From the NCBI GenBank assembly GCA_937898625.1, contig CALEJF010000040.1, forward strand, positions 11,278 to 75,277: 64,000 nucleotides of DNA, in the 5' to 3' direction. Shown here one piece after another: positions 25,091-34,136 of this stretch. The notes under the pieces are model-generated. The model searched no databases and was not told the origin of the DNA. It saw only the letters and a list, made by a program, of their open reading frames with translations. The first letter of the stretch is position 1; the number at the start of each line of letters is the position of its first letter. This DNA is from an uncultured Clostridia bacterium. Lineage in GTDB: Bacteria; Bacillota; Clostridia; Oscillospirales; Acutalibacteraceae. The translations under genes were made by a program, and so were the position numbers.

Positions 25091-26275
25091 ATGCAGATAG
25101 TAAACGCTCTTGTAGAGCTTTTTAATCAATCTAATTTTGTTAACTTGCCTTGGCAGAACTGGATTATGATTGGTGTTTCATTTGTTCTTCTCTATCTTGC
25201 GATAGTAAAGAAATTTGAGCCATTACTCTTAATCCCTATTGCTTTTGGTATGCTTCTTGTTAACATTTATCCCGAAATTATGGCAGACCCCACTAATATG
25301 TCATTTGTCGGCGATAACAATCCATATTTAGACCCAAATGCACATTGGTATGATACAGGCGTTTTACGACTTATCTACGCAGGTGTTAAGTCTAGTATCT
25401 TCCCCTGCCTTATCTTTATGGGCGTTGGTGCTATGACTGACTTCGGACCACTCCTTGCAAATCCATCAAGCCTTCTTTTAGGTGCTGCTGCACAATTAGG
25501 TATTTATGTAGCATTTACAATTGCAATGCTTTCAGGTGAATTCACACCCGAAGAAGCTGCTTCTATTGCTATTATAGGTGGTGCTGATGGTCCTACAGCA
25601 ATTTTCCTTACAGGAAAACTTGCTCCTCACCTTTTGGGTTCAATCGCAGTTGCCGCATATTCATATATGGCTTTGATTCCACTTATTCAGCCACCAATTA
25701 TGAAATTGCTTACAACTAAAAAGGAAAGAGAAATCAAGATGAATCAGCTTCGTACAGTAAGTAAAGCTGAAAAGATTATCTTCCCAATTGTTGTTACTGT
25801 TATCTGTGTTCTTATTCTTCCTTCAGTTGCTCCTCTTCTTGGTTTCCTTATGCTTGGTAACCTTTTCAAAGAAAGTGGACTTACTGACAGACTTTCAGAC
25901 ACAGCACAGAATTCCCTTTGTAATATTGTTACAATCTTGCTTGGCACAACTGTTGGTGCAACAGCAGAAGGTTCAGCATTCCTTAATAAGAAAACACTTC
26001 TTGTTATTGGTATCGGATTGCTCGCTTTTGCATTCTCCACTGCAGGTGGTGTAATCTTTGCAAAGATTATGAATGTTGTAACAAAGGGCAAGGTTAACCC
26101 ACTTATCGGTTCAGCAGGTGTATCTGCTGTTCCTATGGCTGCTCGTGTTTCACAGGTTGAGGGTAGAAAATACAATCCTTCAAATTTCCTTTTAATGCAC
26201 GCAATGGGTCCAAATGTTGCAGGTGTTATCGGTTCAGCAGTTGCTGCCGGTTTCTTACTTTCACAATTCGGTTAA
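25091..26275 (+). CDS. oadB: Na+-translocating decarboxylase beta subunit
   Basis: 394-aa polytopic protein of the OadB/GcdB/MmdB type (GGADGPT, GSAGVSAVPMAARV). Confidence 0.9.
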   Translation: MQIVNALVELFNQSNFVNLPWQNWIMIGVSFVLLYLAIVKKFEPLLLIPIAFGMLLVNIYPEIMADPTNMSFVGDNNPYLDPNAHWYDTGVLRLIYAGVKSSIFPCLIFMGVGAMTDFGPLLANPSSLLLGAAAQLGIYVAFTIAMLSGEFTPEEAASIAIIGGADGPTAIFLTGKLAPHLLGSIAVAAYSYMALIPLIQPPIMKLLTTKKEREIKMNQLRTVSKAEKIIFPIVVTVICVLILPSVAPLLGFLMLGNLFKESGLTDRLSDTAQNSLCNIVTILLGTTVGATAEGSAFLNKKTLLVIGIGLLAFAFSTAGGVIFAKIMNVVTKGKVNPLIGSAGVSAVPMAARVSQVEGRKYNPSNFLLMHAMGPNVAGVIGSAVAAGFLLSQFG

Positions 26276-26296
26276 TTCCAAACACACAAATATATA

Positions 26297-26330
26297 ATGC
26301 CGTAGTCAAAATGACTACGGCATATTTTTA
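26297..26330. terminator. Bidirectional terminator between oadB and sfsA
   Basis: ATGCCGTAGTCA / TGACTACGGCAT 12-bp stem followed by ATTTTTAT. Confidence 0.8.
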
Positions 26331-27002
26331 TATCTTTATGAGAACCGGTTTTCTGATTTTAATTGTATCGGGAGTTACTGCACAATCAAATGCTAATGGA
26401 ACAACTTCGCCTTTTCTTGCCTCTTTTAGTGTATCCGCGAATTGAGGATGAGTTATTCTGTTGGGTTCAAAATATTTCACATCGGACATCTGAATAACGA
26501 ACAGCACATAGGCTTTATATCCCTCTGTAACGGCTTTTTGTAGTTCTTTAAGGTGTTTAACTCCCCTTTCAGTTGGTGCATCAGGAAAACTCACTACACC
26601 ATCATTTTCGAGAGTTACGCCTTTGACCTCAACGAATATCTTTTCACATTCCGTTTCAATATAGAAATCAAGTCGTGAATTACCATATTTATATTCGGGT
26701 TTTATGAATTTAACACCTTCAAAAAGTGTTGGAAGAAACTCAAAAGCAACCTTGTTAACCACTTGACTATCAATATTTATTAATCTATCGTTCTTTTGGA
26801 CAGCAATAAGGTCATATTTAGTTTTTCTGTTTGGGTTGGAACTTTTCTCAAGATAAACAGTAACGCCTTTTACAAGCAATTCTCGGCATCTTCCGGTATT
26901 TTTTACATGACAGATTTCTTTATTCCCATTAATTTCGCAAATTGCAATAAATCGGTTAGGTCTGTCTATAAATGTTCCTTTTATTATATTTTCGTATTTC
27001 AT
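26328..27002 (-). CDS. sfsA: Sugar fermentation stimulation protein SfsA
   Basis: GTFIDRPNRFIA...HVKNTGRCRELL...DFYIE are typical SfsA motifs. Confidence 0.88.
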   Translation of the reverse strand: MKYENIIKGTFIDRPNRFIAICEINGNKEICHVKNTGRCRELLVKGVTVYLEKSSNPNRKTKYDLIAVQKNDRLINIDSQVVNKVAFEFLPTLFEGVKFIKPEYKYGNSRLDFYIETECEKIFVEVKGVTLENDGVVSFPDAPTERGVKHLKELQKAVTEGYKAYVLFVIQMSDVKYFEPNRITHPQFADTLKEARKGEVVPLAFDCAVTPDTIKIRKPVLIKI

Positions 27003-27010
27003 ATAACACC

Positions 27011-27044
27011 AAAAAAGAACGGTGATAGTTTCCTACCACCGTCC
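27011..27044 (-). terminator. Terminator downstream of the GPH transporter gene
   Basis: On the minus strand: GGACGGTG-N12-CACCGTTC followed by TTTTTTGG. Confidence 0.7.
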
Positions 27045-27065
27045 TTAATTATTTAATAAATAGAA

Positions 27066-28625
27066 TTACTTAGTAACTTTTCTTGCTTCGATTTCTTTAA
27101 CCATCTGTGCTTGTTTCTTCTCTGTAATTGTGTAGAAGAACATTGGAACAGCACAAGCAAACATACTGATAACACCTGAAAGAACAAGCATCTTCCAAAG
27201 TGTTTGTGCACCTTCTGCAGAAATATAACCTGTTTCAGCATTGATACCAGCTGCTGCGAAAGAAATAACACCGATAAAAGCACCAACTGCCATACCAATC
27301 TTGTTAATAAGAGTCTGCATTGCAAAGCAGATACCCTCACCACGTTCACCTGTTTTCCATTCAAGATAATCAACAGTATCACCAATCATAGCATAAGTGA
27401 TAATATTGTTAACACCCTGTGGAATACCAAGGAGAACAAGAGCAATAGCTGCAATAACAAGTTTCCATGTTGCATCATATCCAACAAAATACATAACAGC
27501 CATTACAACACCACCAAAGAGGTGAACCATAATGTATGCCCATTTCTTTGTGAATTTCTTTGACATCCACGGAACAAGGAGTGATGCTACAAGACCGCCC
27601 GGAACAACAAGAAGAGTAATCAAGCTGTACATACCTTCATTTTGAAGAACATACTTTGCAAAGTAAAGACCGCCTGTGTATGTATAAACCATTCTTGCGC
27701 CGCCAAGAATACCTGAAAGAACAATAAGAAGAAGTTCTTTATTCTTGAAGAGAAGTTTCATATTGTGGCCAAAGCTTGGTGGGTTATCATCAGCTGTAAA
27801 GCGTTCTTTAGTATGTTTAAAGCCATAGAAGAACATTGGAATTGCAGCAACAACAAGAACTACTGCTGCAATAAAATATGTCCATTTAAGAGTGTCAGCA
27901 TTTGCAACTTCCTGACCTGCAATAACAGTACCGACAAAGTTCTCTGCTGTTTCAGCATCTACTCCCTTATCAGCCATAATTTGTGCTATACCTGCTTCTG
28001 TGTCAGGATATTTGTACTTAGCTGTAACAGCACCTGTGATAATAGGAACAAATACAGTAACGATACCTGCACCCAATGTGCAAAGAAGACGAGTAACTGT
28101 AAGAAGATTACCACGAACAACCGTATCGTTTGTCATACAAGTTGAAAGTCCCCAATAAGGAACATCAGCAACTGTGTATACAACTGACCAAATAACATAA
28201 ATGATAGCAATAATAATGAATGTTGATGTTGCTTTAGCCTGGAATACAGGTAAGAAACAAGCAATTGTCATAATTGCAATTGGAATAGCCATCCATTTAA
28301 GATAAGGACGACATTTACCCCACTTTGTTCTTGTCTTATCAACAATTGAACCCATAATTGGGTCATTGAAAGCGTCAAAAATACGAGTACCAAGCATCAA
28401 ATAAGCAACTGCCATTGAACCTGTAAGAGTACCGATTGTAACACCTTCTGCACCAAAGAGAAGTGCATCTGTCAAGAAGATTGTAAGGTATGAACCGATG
28501 ATTGTGCAAATAAAGTTCTGGCCAAAACCTGCGATACCATAAGCAAGTGCTTCTTTTGGCTGAAGACTGCCCGGCTCATTAGGATTTGTGCCATAAACCT
28601 TATGCAAAAGGTCATTGATTTTCAT
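27066..28625 (-). CDS. Glycoside-pentoside-hexuronide (GPH)/MFS family cation symporter
   Basis: 12-TM profile. The DAFNDPIMGSIVDKTRTKWGKCRPY motif (D..DP..G...D) is diagnostic of GPH. Start at MKINDLL after AGAGGG. Confidence 0.82.
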   Translation of the reverse strand: MKINDLLHKVYGTNPNEPGSLQPKEALAYGIAGFGQNFICTIIGSYLTIFLTDALLFGAEGVTIGTLTGSMAVAYLMLGTRIFDAFNDPIMGSIVDKTRTKWGKCRPYLKWMAIPIAIMTIACFLPVFQAKATSTFIIIAIIYVIWSVVYTVADVPYWGLSTCMTNDTVVRGNLLTVTRLLCTLGAGIVTVFVPIITGAVTAKYKYPDTEAGIAQIMADKGVDAETAENFVGTVIAGQEVANADTLKWTYFIAAVVLVVAAIPMFFYGFKHTKERFTADDNPPSFGHNMKLLFKNKELLLIVLSGILGGARMVYTYTGGLYFAKYVLQNEGMYSLITLLVVPGGLVASLLVPWMSKKFTKKWAYIMVHLFGGVVMAVMYFVGYDATWKLVIAAIALVLLGIPQGVNNIITYAMIGDTVDYLEWKTGERGEGICFAMQTLINKIGMAVGAFIGVISFAAAGINAETGYISAEGAQTLWKMLVLSGVISMFACAVPMFFYTITEKKQAQMVKEIEARKVTK

Positions 28626-28705
28626 AAAATCCCTCTTTCTAAATATAATACTGAGATTATAACACAATACATTGTTTATTTCAATGATATTTTAACAAAA
28701 AATGA

Positions 28706-28739
28706 ACATAAAATACTCCCTTGAAAAAACAAGGGAGTA
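28706..28739 (-). terminator. Terminator downstream of the M28 peptidase gene
   Basis: On the minus strand: TACTCCCTTG-TTTTTT-CAAGGGAGTA followed by TTTTATG. Confidence 0.7.
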
Positions 28740-28749
28740 AAAAAACAAA

Positions 28750-29964
28750 TTACTGTTTTGCGCCGTTATCAAACATTTCAAGCACCTTAACACTTGCTGC
28801 GAAACAATCTGCAAGACAGTCTTTATTAAGTTTTGCAGGAGTATCAAGTCTTGTATGATAGAAATCAGGGAGCGCGTGATTAAGAGCAGTGATACCTGTT
28901 GAACGCATACCTGCCTGAGCAAATGCTGCTGAGTCAGTTGCACCGCCAAGTGGAGGTACAACGCCCTTACCACATTTAATACCAAGTTCTTCACAAGCTT
29001 CAACATACAAGTCTGAAACATCTTTATCGGCTTTTACTGTGGCATTAAGGTCACGGTAGTTTGCCTGCATATATTCAGGCTGTGTGATTGTGTCGTAAGA
29101 ATAAACAAATGTTGGAACATCATTAAACTCATGAGCATGAGCCTCACACCATGCTTTTGCACCACGAAGACCTGCTTCTTCAGAACCTGTAAGAACAACA
29201 CCGATTTCTGTGTTTTCAAACTCAATGCCTTCTTCTTTAAGTGCTTTAAGAATTGCGATACCGATATAGCAACCTGAAAGGTTATCGTTAGCACCGTCAA
29301 CTACTCTCTTTTTGTTCCACATAAAATAAAGTCCAAACCAGAAAGGAACAAATACAAGACCAATAAGACCAAGTCTGTTTGCAAGAGCAGGGTCAACACC
29401 TGCAAGTTTTGCAATAGAAATACCAACCATATAAAGAGCACCGACAATGCAAACTGCCATGTGAATATCAAATCCAAGATATGTAAACTTGTATTTGAAT
29501 GGCCATTCCCAAGCAGCATCAGGGTGACCGTTGAAGATGATTCTTCTCTTTACTTCACCTGTTGGCTTTTTAAATCCTGCAGCATTGTGTCCTGTTAATT
29601 CCTTAAAGCACTTATCGAGAGTTTTCTTATAAAGTCCAAACTGCAAAACGCAGAGTGTAAGTCCGATTACAATAAATGCAATAGCAAGTGCAGGTAAAAA
29701 GAAATATGATACAAGTGCCAAGAAACAACAAGTGATTGTGAAATAAATCCAGCCATAGAATGAATCAGGGTTTTCTTTAAATTCGTCAACATAAACAGTG
29801 TCACAACCTAATTCTTTCAACTGCTCTGCCATATAATCGCATGCCTGATGTTCACCTTTTGAACCAGGTGCTCTTTTTTCAAACTTGTTGCAAATATGAG
29901 TGATTTCATCAACCATAAATTGAGCAGCTTCATTCTTTTTCTCAATAATCTTCTTTAAATCCAT
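28750..29964 (-). CDS. M28 family metallopeptidase with embedded transmembrane segments
   Basis: GANDNLSGC and TGSEEAGLRGA zinc-ligand motifs, with 4-5 hydrophobic helices between the N-terminus and the catalytic domain. Confidence 0.8.
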   Translation of the reverse strand: MDLKKIIEKKNEAAQFMVDEITHICNKFEKRAPGSKGEHQACDYMAEQLKELGCDTVYVDEFKENPDSFYGWIYFTITCCFLALVSYFFLPALAIAFIVIGLTLCVLQFGLYKKTLDKCFKELTGHNAAGFKKPTGEVKRRIIFNGHPDAAWEWPFKYKFTYLGFDIHMAVCIVGALYMVGISIAKLAGVDPALANRLGLIGLVFVPFWFGLYFMWNKKRVVDGANDNLSGCYIGIAILKALKEEGIEFENTEIGVVLTGSEEAGLRGAKAWCEAHAHEFNDVPTFVYSYDTITQPEYMQANYRDLNATVKADKDVSDLYVEACEELGIKCGKGVVPPLGGATDSAAFAQAGMRSTGITALNHALPDFYHTRLDTPAKLNKDCLADCFAASVKVLEMFDNGAKQ

Positions 29965-30084
29965 AAAGATTCCCCTTCCAAAATTTATAAAAACATTTTA
30001 TCACAGTATATCTTAAAATGCAATATTAAAAGGTTGTACACTTGCAAGAAATTTTTTATTACATAATGGAAACTTTTTCAATGG

Positions 30085-30245
30085 TGCATCGCCGTTGGCG
30101 ATATGATGTTATAAATTTATAATGATGTTGCTCCTGTTAGTCGCAATTGTGCGATATTTGCCTAAAACTTTAGCAAAGCGACATCATTCACGAAGTGAAC
30201 AACATTAGTGAAACTACATCATTTACCAAAGGCAAACATCATTGA
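30085..30245. repeat. Composite intergenic element: five copies of the octamer AACATCAT(T)/ATGATGTT in inverted arrangement, interleaved with mini-hairpins
   Basis: ATGATGTT at 30103 and 30121. ACATCATT at 30180, 30215 and 30235. Mini-hairpins are CGCC-GTT-GGCG, TCGCA-ATTG-TGCGA, CAC-GAA-GTG and CC-AAA-GG. Confidence 0.7.
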
Positions 30246-30277
30246 AAAACCCACTTGCGAAAGCAAGTGGGTTTTTC
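30244..30277. terminator. Terminator immediately 3' of tRNA-Leu
   Basis: ACCCACTTGC-GAAA-GCAAGTGGGT with T-runs on both strands. Confidence 0.8.
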
Positions 30278-30364
30278 TGGTGCCGGTGACCGGGGTCGAA
30301 CCGGTACGGTATCGCTACCACTGGATTTTGAGTCCAGCACGTCTGCCAATTCCATCACACCGGC
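30278..30364 (-). tRNA. tRNA-Leu (anticodon CAA), type II with long variable arm, CCA encoded
   Basis: Minus-strand sequence: GCCGGTG...CTGGA-CTCAAAA-TCCAG...GGTTCGA...CACCGGCACCA. It has a 7-bp acceptor stem, a T-loop GGTTCGA and anticodon loop CU-CAA-AA. Confidence 0.93.
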
Positions 30365-30381
30365 AATTATATGACCTTGAT

Positions 30382-30410
30382 ATTATATGAAATTCGCTGA
30401 TAAAAGTCAA
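30382..30410 (-). promoter_or_regulatory. Near-consensus sigma-A promoter for tRNA-Leu (TTGACT-17 nt-TATAAT)
   Basis: On the minus strand, TTGACT at 30410-30405 and TATAAT at 30387-30382, about 17 nt upstream of the tRNA 5' end. Confidence 0.7.
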
Positions 30411-30428
30411 GAGAAAAAGTAACTTTTT

Positions 30429-31160
30429 TTAAAACAAACCTCTCCATTTTTCGCTTCTGCGAAATGAAAAAAAGTCATCACCGTTACCAATGATAATATG
30501 GTCACCAAGTTTCATTCCCAACGACTTTAACAACTCTATGGTATTCATTGTTGCATTTACATCGGACCTTGACGGTGCTACAACACCTGAAGGATGATTA
30601 TGTACCAATATGAGATTTGCTGCATTTAACTTGTACGCCAGTTCAACAATCTTTCTGTTATTGATTGGTGTAGCATTAATCGTTCCTGAACTGATTTGTT
30701 CAAACCCTAAAATCTTGCAATTTGAATCAAGGCAGAGAAGATATAACTGTTCCTCAGAAACACCTTTAAAGTATTTAGATGAATATCTTGCAACGGCTTC
30801 GCAGTTATCTAAAATGTCACCCTCAAGATTTATTTTATCAACCTCATATTTTTTGAATAACTCGGGAACAAGTTTAATAAGCGTTGCACTTTTCTCGCCT
30901 ATACCTTTTACACTTACAAGTTCTTCAAAACTTGCATCAAAAACTGCTGAAAGTGACCCAAATCTATCAATAAGTTCGTGAGCTTCCTCGTTTGTATCTT
31001 TCATTGGAATACTAAAAAACAAAAGCAATTCAAGAACATTGTGTGGTTGAAAATTATCAAGACCTTCTTTTAAAAATCGTTGTCTTAATCTTTCTCTGTG
31101 ACCTTCGTGAATATTCTTTTTTTCATCTTTATCCTTTAAATCGCGATTTTTTATCGCCAT
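30429..31160 (-). CDS. radC: RadC-like JAB/MPN domain protein
   Basis: N-terminal HhH region (GIGEKSA) and the C-terminal HNHPSG...PSRSD JAMM motif. Confidence 0.88.
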   Translation of the reverse strand: MAIKNRDLKDKDEKKNIHEGHRERLRQRFLKEGLDNFQPHNVLELLLFFSIPMKDTNEEAHELIDRFGSLSAVFDASFEELVSVKGIGEKSATLIKLVPELFKKYEVDKINLEGDILDNCEAVARYSSKYFKGVSEEQLYLLCLDSNCKILGFEQISSGTINATPINNRKIVELAYKLNAANLILVHNHPSGVVAPSRSDVNATMNTIELLKSLGMKLGDHIIIGNGDDFFSFRRSEKWRGLF

Positions 31161-31161
31161 C

Positions 31162-31707
31162 CTATTTGAACACCCTTTTTATATATTTTTGCCATCTATA
31201 AAGGTAAATTGTTACCAATCTTGTCAGCATAATATCGTACAGCACAAACAGTACATTACCTGCACATAGTAACAATGGCATAGCAAATTCACCAAAACCC
31301 TCTAAATCATCAAAAGTTATCATAAAAATTTTGGAAACCACAAAATATGCAACCACCATTGAGATATTGAATATAATATATTTTATTACCCAACTGATAA
31401 TTTTACTTTTGCTTTTTTCGATAAAACTCTTAATAATAGGATAATACCCAAAAAATACAATATACATTATTGCCGCTTCTTTATTACCCAATAAAAGCAT
31501 TGAAATTATTGAAATTGCAAGATATTCAAGCCCTGCAAAGCCCGGTCCGAATTCTATAACAAGCACCATAAGGAATGCACCTGTTATCATTGGAATTGCA
31601 TATACAAGACTTGTTGTAACACCTGCAACAAGCATCAGCAATAAGGATAATGCCGCGATTACACCGCCAAGGGCTACCTTGAACGAAAGTTTTTTTCTAT
31701 TATTCAT
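31162..31707 (-). CDS. Hypothetical integral membrane protein (about 5 TM)
   Basis: 181-aa hydrophobic ORF, 1 nt from radC and 1 nt from the upstream gene. I cannot confidently recognise a family. Confidence 0.6.
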   Translation of the reverse strand: MNNRKKLSFKVALGGVIAALSLLLMLVAGVTTSLVYAIPMITGAFLMVLVIEFGPGFAGLEYLAISIISMLLLGNKEAAIMYIVFFGYYPIIKSFIEKSKSKIISWVIKYIIFNISMVVAYFVVSKIFMITFDDLEGFGEFAMPLLLCAGNVLFVLYDIMLTRLVTIYLYRWQKYIKRVFK

Positions 31708-31708
31708 A

Positions 31709-32311
31709 TTAACAACACGGAATCAAATCCCCACCACAACACTCACAACAACAATCTGCGCAAATTAAAGTTGAACAGATATCGCATACACCTGTATCGG
31801 AGCCTTTACTTGATGTTCTGTATCCGCCGTTTGCATTATTCTTCATAGCATTATACGCATTTGCATATTCAAAATTATTTGGTTCCATTGAAGACGCAGT
31901 TTTAAAGTGAGCTAATGCCTCATTAAGCCATCCCCTGCGTTGAAAAATAATACCTTTAAGATAATGCCACTCAGCAGTTTGCATTTGAGGAGGAACACCA
32001 TTTAAAATAGTTTCTGCATCATCTATTCTACCTGTATTTATACAATTACGGACATCTGCATACTGTGTGTTACCATAATAATTCTGATTATTGGCATTAT
32101 TATTCGGTGCATAAGCAGATGTTCCGCGGATTTCGTTTAGAATATAGTCATAAGCAGAATCAAGTTCTCTCATTTTTTCTGTTCTTTCAAAATCAGGAAG
32201 GTTTGCCTGATTAATTTCTCCTGCTATTCTTCTATATGCATCCATAATCTCTTTTTCTGTTGCATTTCTGCTGACACCAAGAAAATCGTAAGGATTATTC
32301 ACACTTTTCAC
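31709..32311 (-). CDS. J-domain-like / TPR-like protein with polycysteine C-terminal tail
   Basis: NPYDFLGVSRNATEKEIMDAYRR resembles J-domain helix I-II, but no HPD tripeptide follows. A TPR-like segment is present (WHYLKGIIFQRRGWLNEALAHF). The tail reads CDICSTLICADCCCECCGGDLIPCC. Confidence 0.65.
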   Translation of the reverse strand: MKSVNNPYDFLGVSRNATEKEIMDAYRRIAGEINQANLPDFERTEKMRELDSAYDYILNEIRGTSAYAPNNNANNQNYYGNTQYADVRNCINTGRIDDAETILNGVPPQMQTAEWHYLKGIIFQRRGWLNEALAHFKTASSMEPNNFEYANAYNAMKNNANGGYRTSSKGSDTGVCDICSTLICADCCCECCGGDLIPCC

Positions 32312-33134
32312 CTCCGTGTTTAGTCTTTATCTTTTCTAATTGATAATTCAAACCATCATATATAACATTTTCGATTATCGGTTTAAAATCATATAATTCT
32401 TGTTGTTTTAATATATGAGTCAATTCACCTATTGACAGATTTATGGTCTGTGTTGCATCTTCAACAATGTTTTTACAATTCACGAATGGATTGAACGAAT
32501 TGCTTTTAACATCATCCTCGTAATCATCAAATGCATCTAAAAAGTAAACTACCCTTCCCAACTGGTATCCGAATTTATATGTTTTTTCTTCGTCACACTC
32601 GTTATATGCAAAAAGCTTTCCTAAAATATGAGCAGTATTGTGAGCAGATAAATCAATGGACGAATTATTTGATTTTTCAATTTCAAATTGCGAGGTCATT
32701 CCATCTTCAACGATTTTAAACAATTCGGGATTTTTCTTCTTTGCCTTATTTTTAAGAATTAAGAAATAGGGATAAATGAGATATAAAAGTATCTTTTTAA
32801 AGATTTTGCTGTCATGGAGATTGTCTACTAATTTAAAATATGCAAGAATGACTGTAATGGTACTTGCTACCTTATAAACATCACTTTCACAAGTGATTTT
32901 CATACATTTTTTGCAAGGATTAAAACTGCAACGGGATTGTTTTGCAGATATTTTATTATTTGAAAGTGCCATTTTATACATCACATAAAATGCTCCATCA
33001 TAACTTAATAAAAATCGGGATAAAAGACCATATTCTTTACCCATTTCCTTGCAAAGAGTACAGTAAATGCCTTTGTAAGCTTCAAATTCTTTAATTTTAA
33101 GTTCAGGTTTATAAGTTGTTACATATCCGAACAT
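32295..33134 (-). CDS. DUF5685 family protein
   Basis: MFGYVTTYKPELKIKEFEAYKGIYCTLCKEMGKEYG...LSYD matches the conserved DUF5685 N-terminus as I recall it. It overlaps the downstream J-like gene by 17 nt. Confidence 0.65.
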   Translation of the reverse strand: MFGYVTTYKPELKIKEFEAYKGIYCTLCKEMGKEYGLLSRFLLSYDGAFYVMYKMALSNNKISAKQSRCSFNPCKKCMKITCESDVYKVASTITVILAYFKLVDNLHDSKIFKKILLYLIYPYFLILKNKAKKKNPELFKIVEDGMTSQFEIEKSNNSSIDLSAHNTAHILGKLFAYNECDEEKTYKFGYQLGRVVYFLDAFDDYEDDVKSNSFNPFVNCKNIVEDATQTINLSIGELTHILKQQELYDFKPIIENVIYDGLNYQLEKIKTKHGGEKCE

Positions 33135-33137
33135 AAA

Positions 33138-33995
33138 TTATCTGTTAATCCCTTTCAATACTGTTCTTGCAACATAAGGTTTATTCATTGTATAAATATG
33201 AATTCCGTTAACACCGTTTAAGAGCAAGTCATTAATCTGATTTATGGCAAAATCAAGACCTGCTTTTTCTAAATCTTGCGGGCTATCCTTATATTTTTCA
33301 AGGAAATCAGTTACTTTGGTTGGAAGTTTTGTCCCCGAAAGACAAGTTATTCTGTCAATTTGTTTTATATTTGTAATTGGCATAATTCCCGCAAACACAG
33401 GGGCATAAATGCCTTTTTTACGGACTTTCTCTAAAAAAGAATAAAAGATGTCGTTGTCATAGAAAAGCTGTGTTATGAGAAAATCGACACCACTATCAAC
33501 TTTTATTTTCAGATGGTCAATGTCCTTTTCAAGGCTGTCACATTCAGGATGACACTCGGGATAACAAGCACCGCCAATGTCAAAATATCCATATTCTTTG
33601 ATATGCTTTACAAGTTCGTAAGCGTAAGTATAGTATTCTCCTTGCGGTTTCTGGAATCCTTGTGGAATATCGCCACGCATAGCAAGGATGTTATCAATAT
33701 GATTTCCTTTAAGAGTATCAAGGATATAATCTATCTGTTCTTTTGGTGTTGATGCACAAGTTAAATGTGCCAACGCAGTAGTATCAAGACGGTTTTTTAT
33801 AAGTGATGCAATCTTTGTTGTGTACTGACTTGTGCCACCGCCTGCACCATATGTAACACTCATAAAATCGGGGTTATGGGCAGATAATTCGCGTACCGAC
33901 CACTCAATGCTTTCAAATGCAGAATCCGTTTTTGGCGGAAAAACCTCAAAGGAAATGAGTTGGTCTTTTACCATTAATTTTTCTGTTATCCTCAT
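33138..33995 (-). CDS. metF: 5,10-methylenetetrahydrofolate reductase
   Basis: SFEVFPPKT, SVTYGAGG and LTC motifs. ATG lies 6 nt after GGTGA; the tracked ORF begins at an adjacent TTG. Confidence 0.88.
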   Translation of the reverse strand: MRITEKLMVKDQLISFEVFPPKTDSAFESIEWSVRELSAHNPDFMSVTYGAGGGTSQYTTKIASLIKNRLDTTALAHLTCASTPKEQIDYILDTLKGNHIDNILAMRGDIPQGFQKPQGEYYTYAYELVKHIKEYGYFDIGGACYPECHPECDSLEKDIDHLKIKVDSGVDFLITQLFYDNDIFYSFLEKVRKKGIYAPVFAGIMPITNIKQIDRITCLSGTKLPTKVTDFLEKYKDSPQDLEKAGLDFAINQINDLLLNGVNGIHIYTMNKPYVARTVLKGINR

Positions 33996-34069
33996 ACTCA
34001 ATCACCGAGAATATAATATCACAATCATATTTTTTTAGCAATAGAATGGTTATTTATTTACATATTATT

Positions 34070-34103
34070 TACAAAAGGAAAAGGGACGATGCGAGTCGTC
34101 CCC
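34070..34103 (-). terminator. Terminator after the NuoE/NuoF/GltD-fusion operon
   Basis: On the minus strand: GGGGACGA-CTCGCA-TCGTCCC followed by TTTTCCTTTTG. Confidence 0.75.
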
Positions 34104-34136
34104 TACTTTTTGTACTTTTTATTTTGAGTTTTTCAT

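Noticed and set aside
25744-26175. 143-aa minus-strand ORF inside oadB
   Set aside because: It is antisense to a highly conserved polytopic beta subunit and has no independent start signals.
30208-30390. 60-aa + strand ORF (MKLHHLPKANIIEKP...)
   Set aside because: It runs antisense through tRNA-Leu, its terminator and the repeat element, and has no RBS. It is an artefact of translating structured or repetitive DNA.
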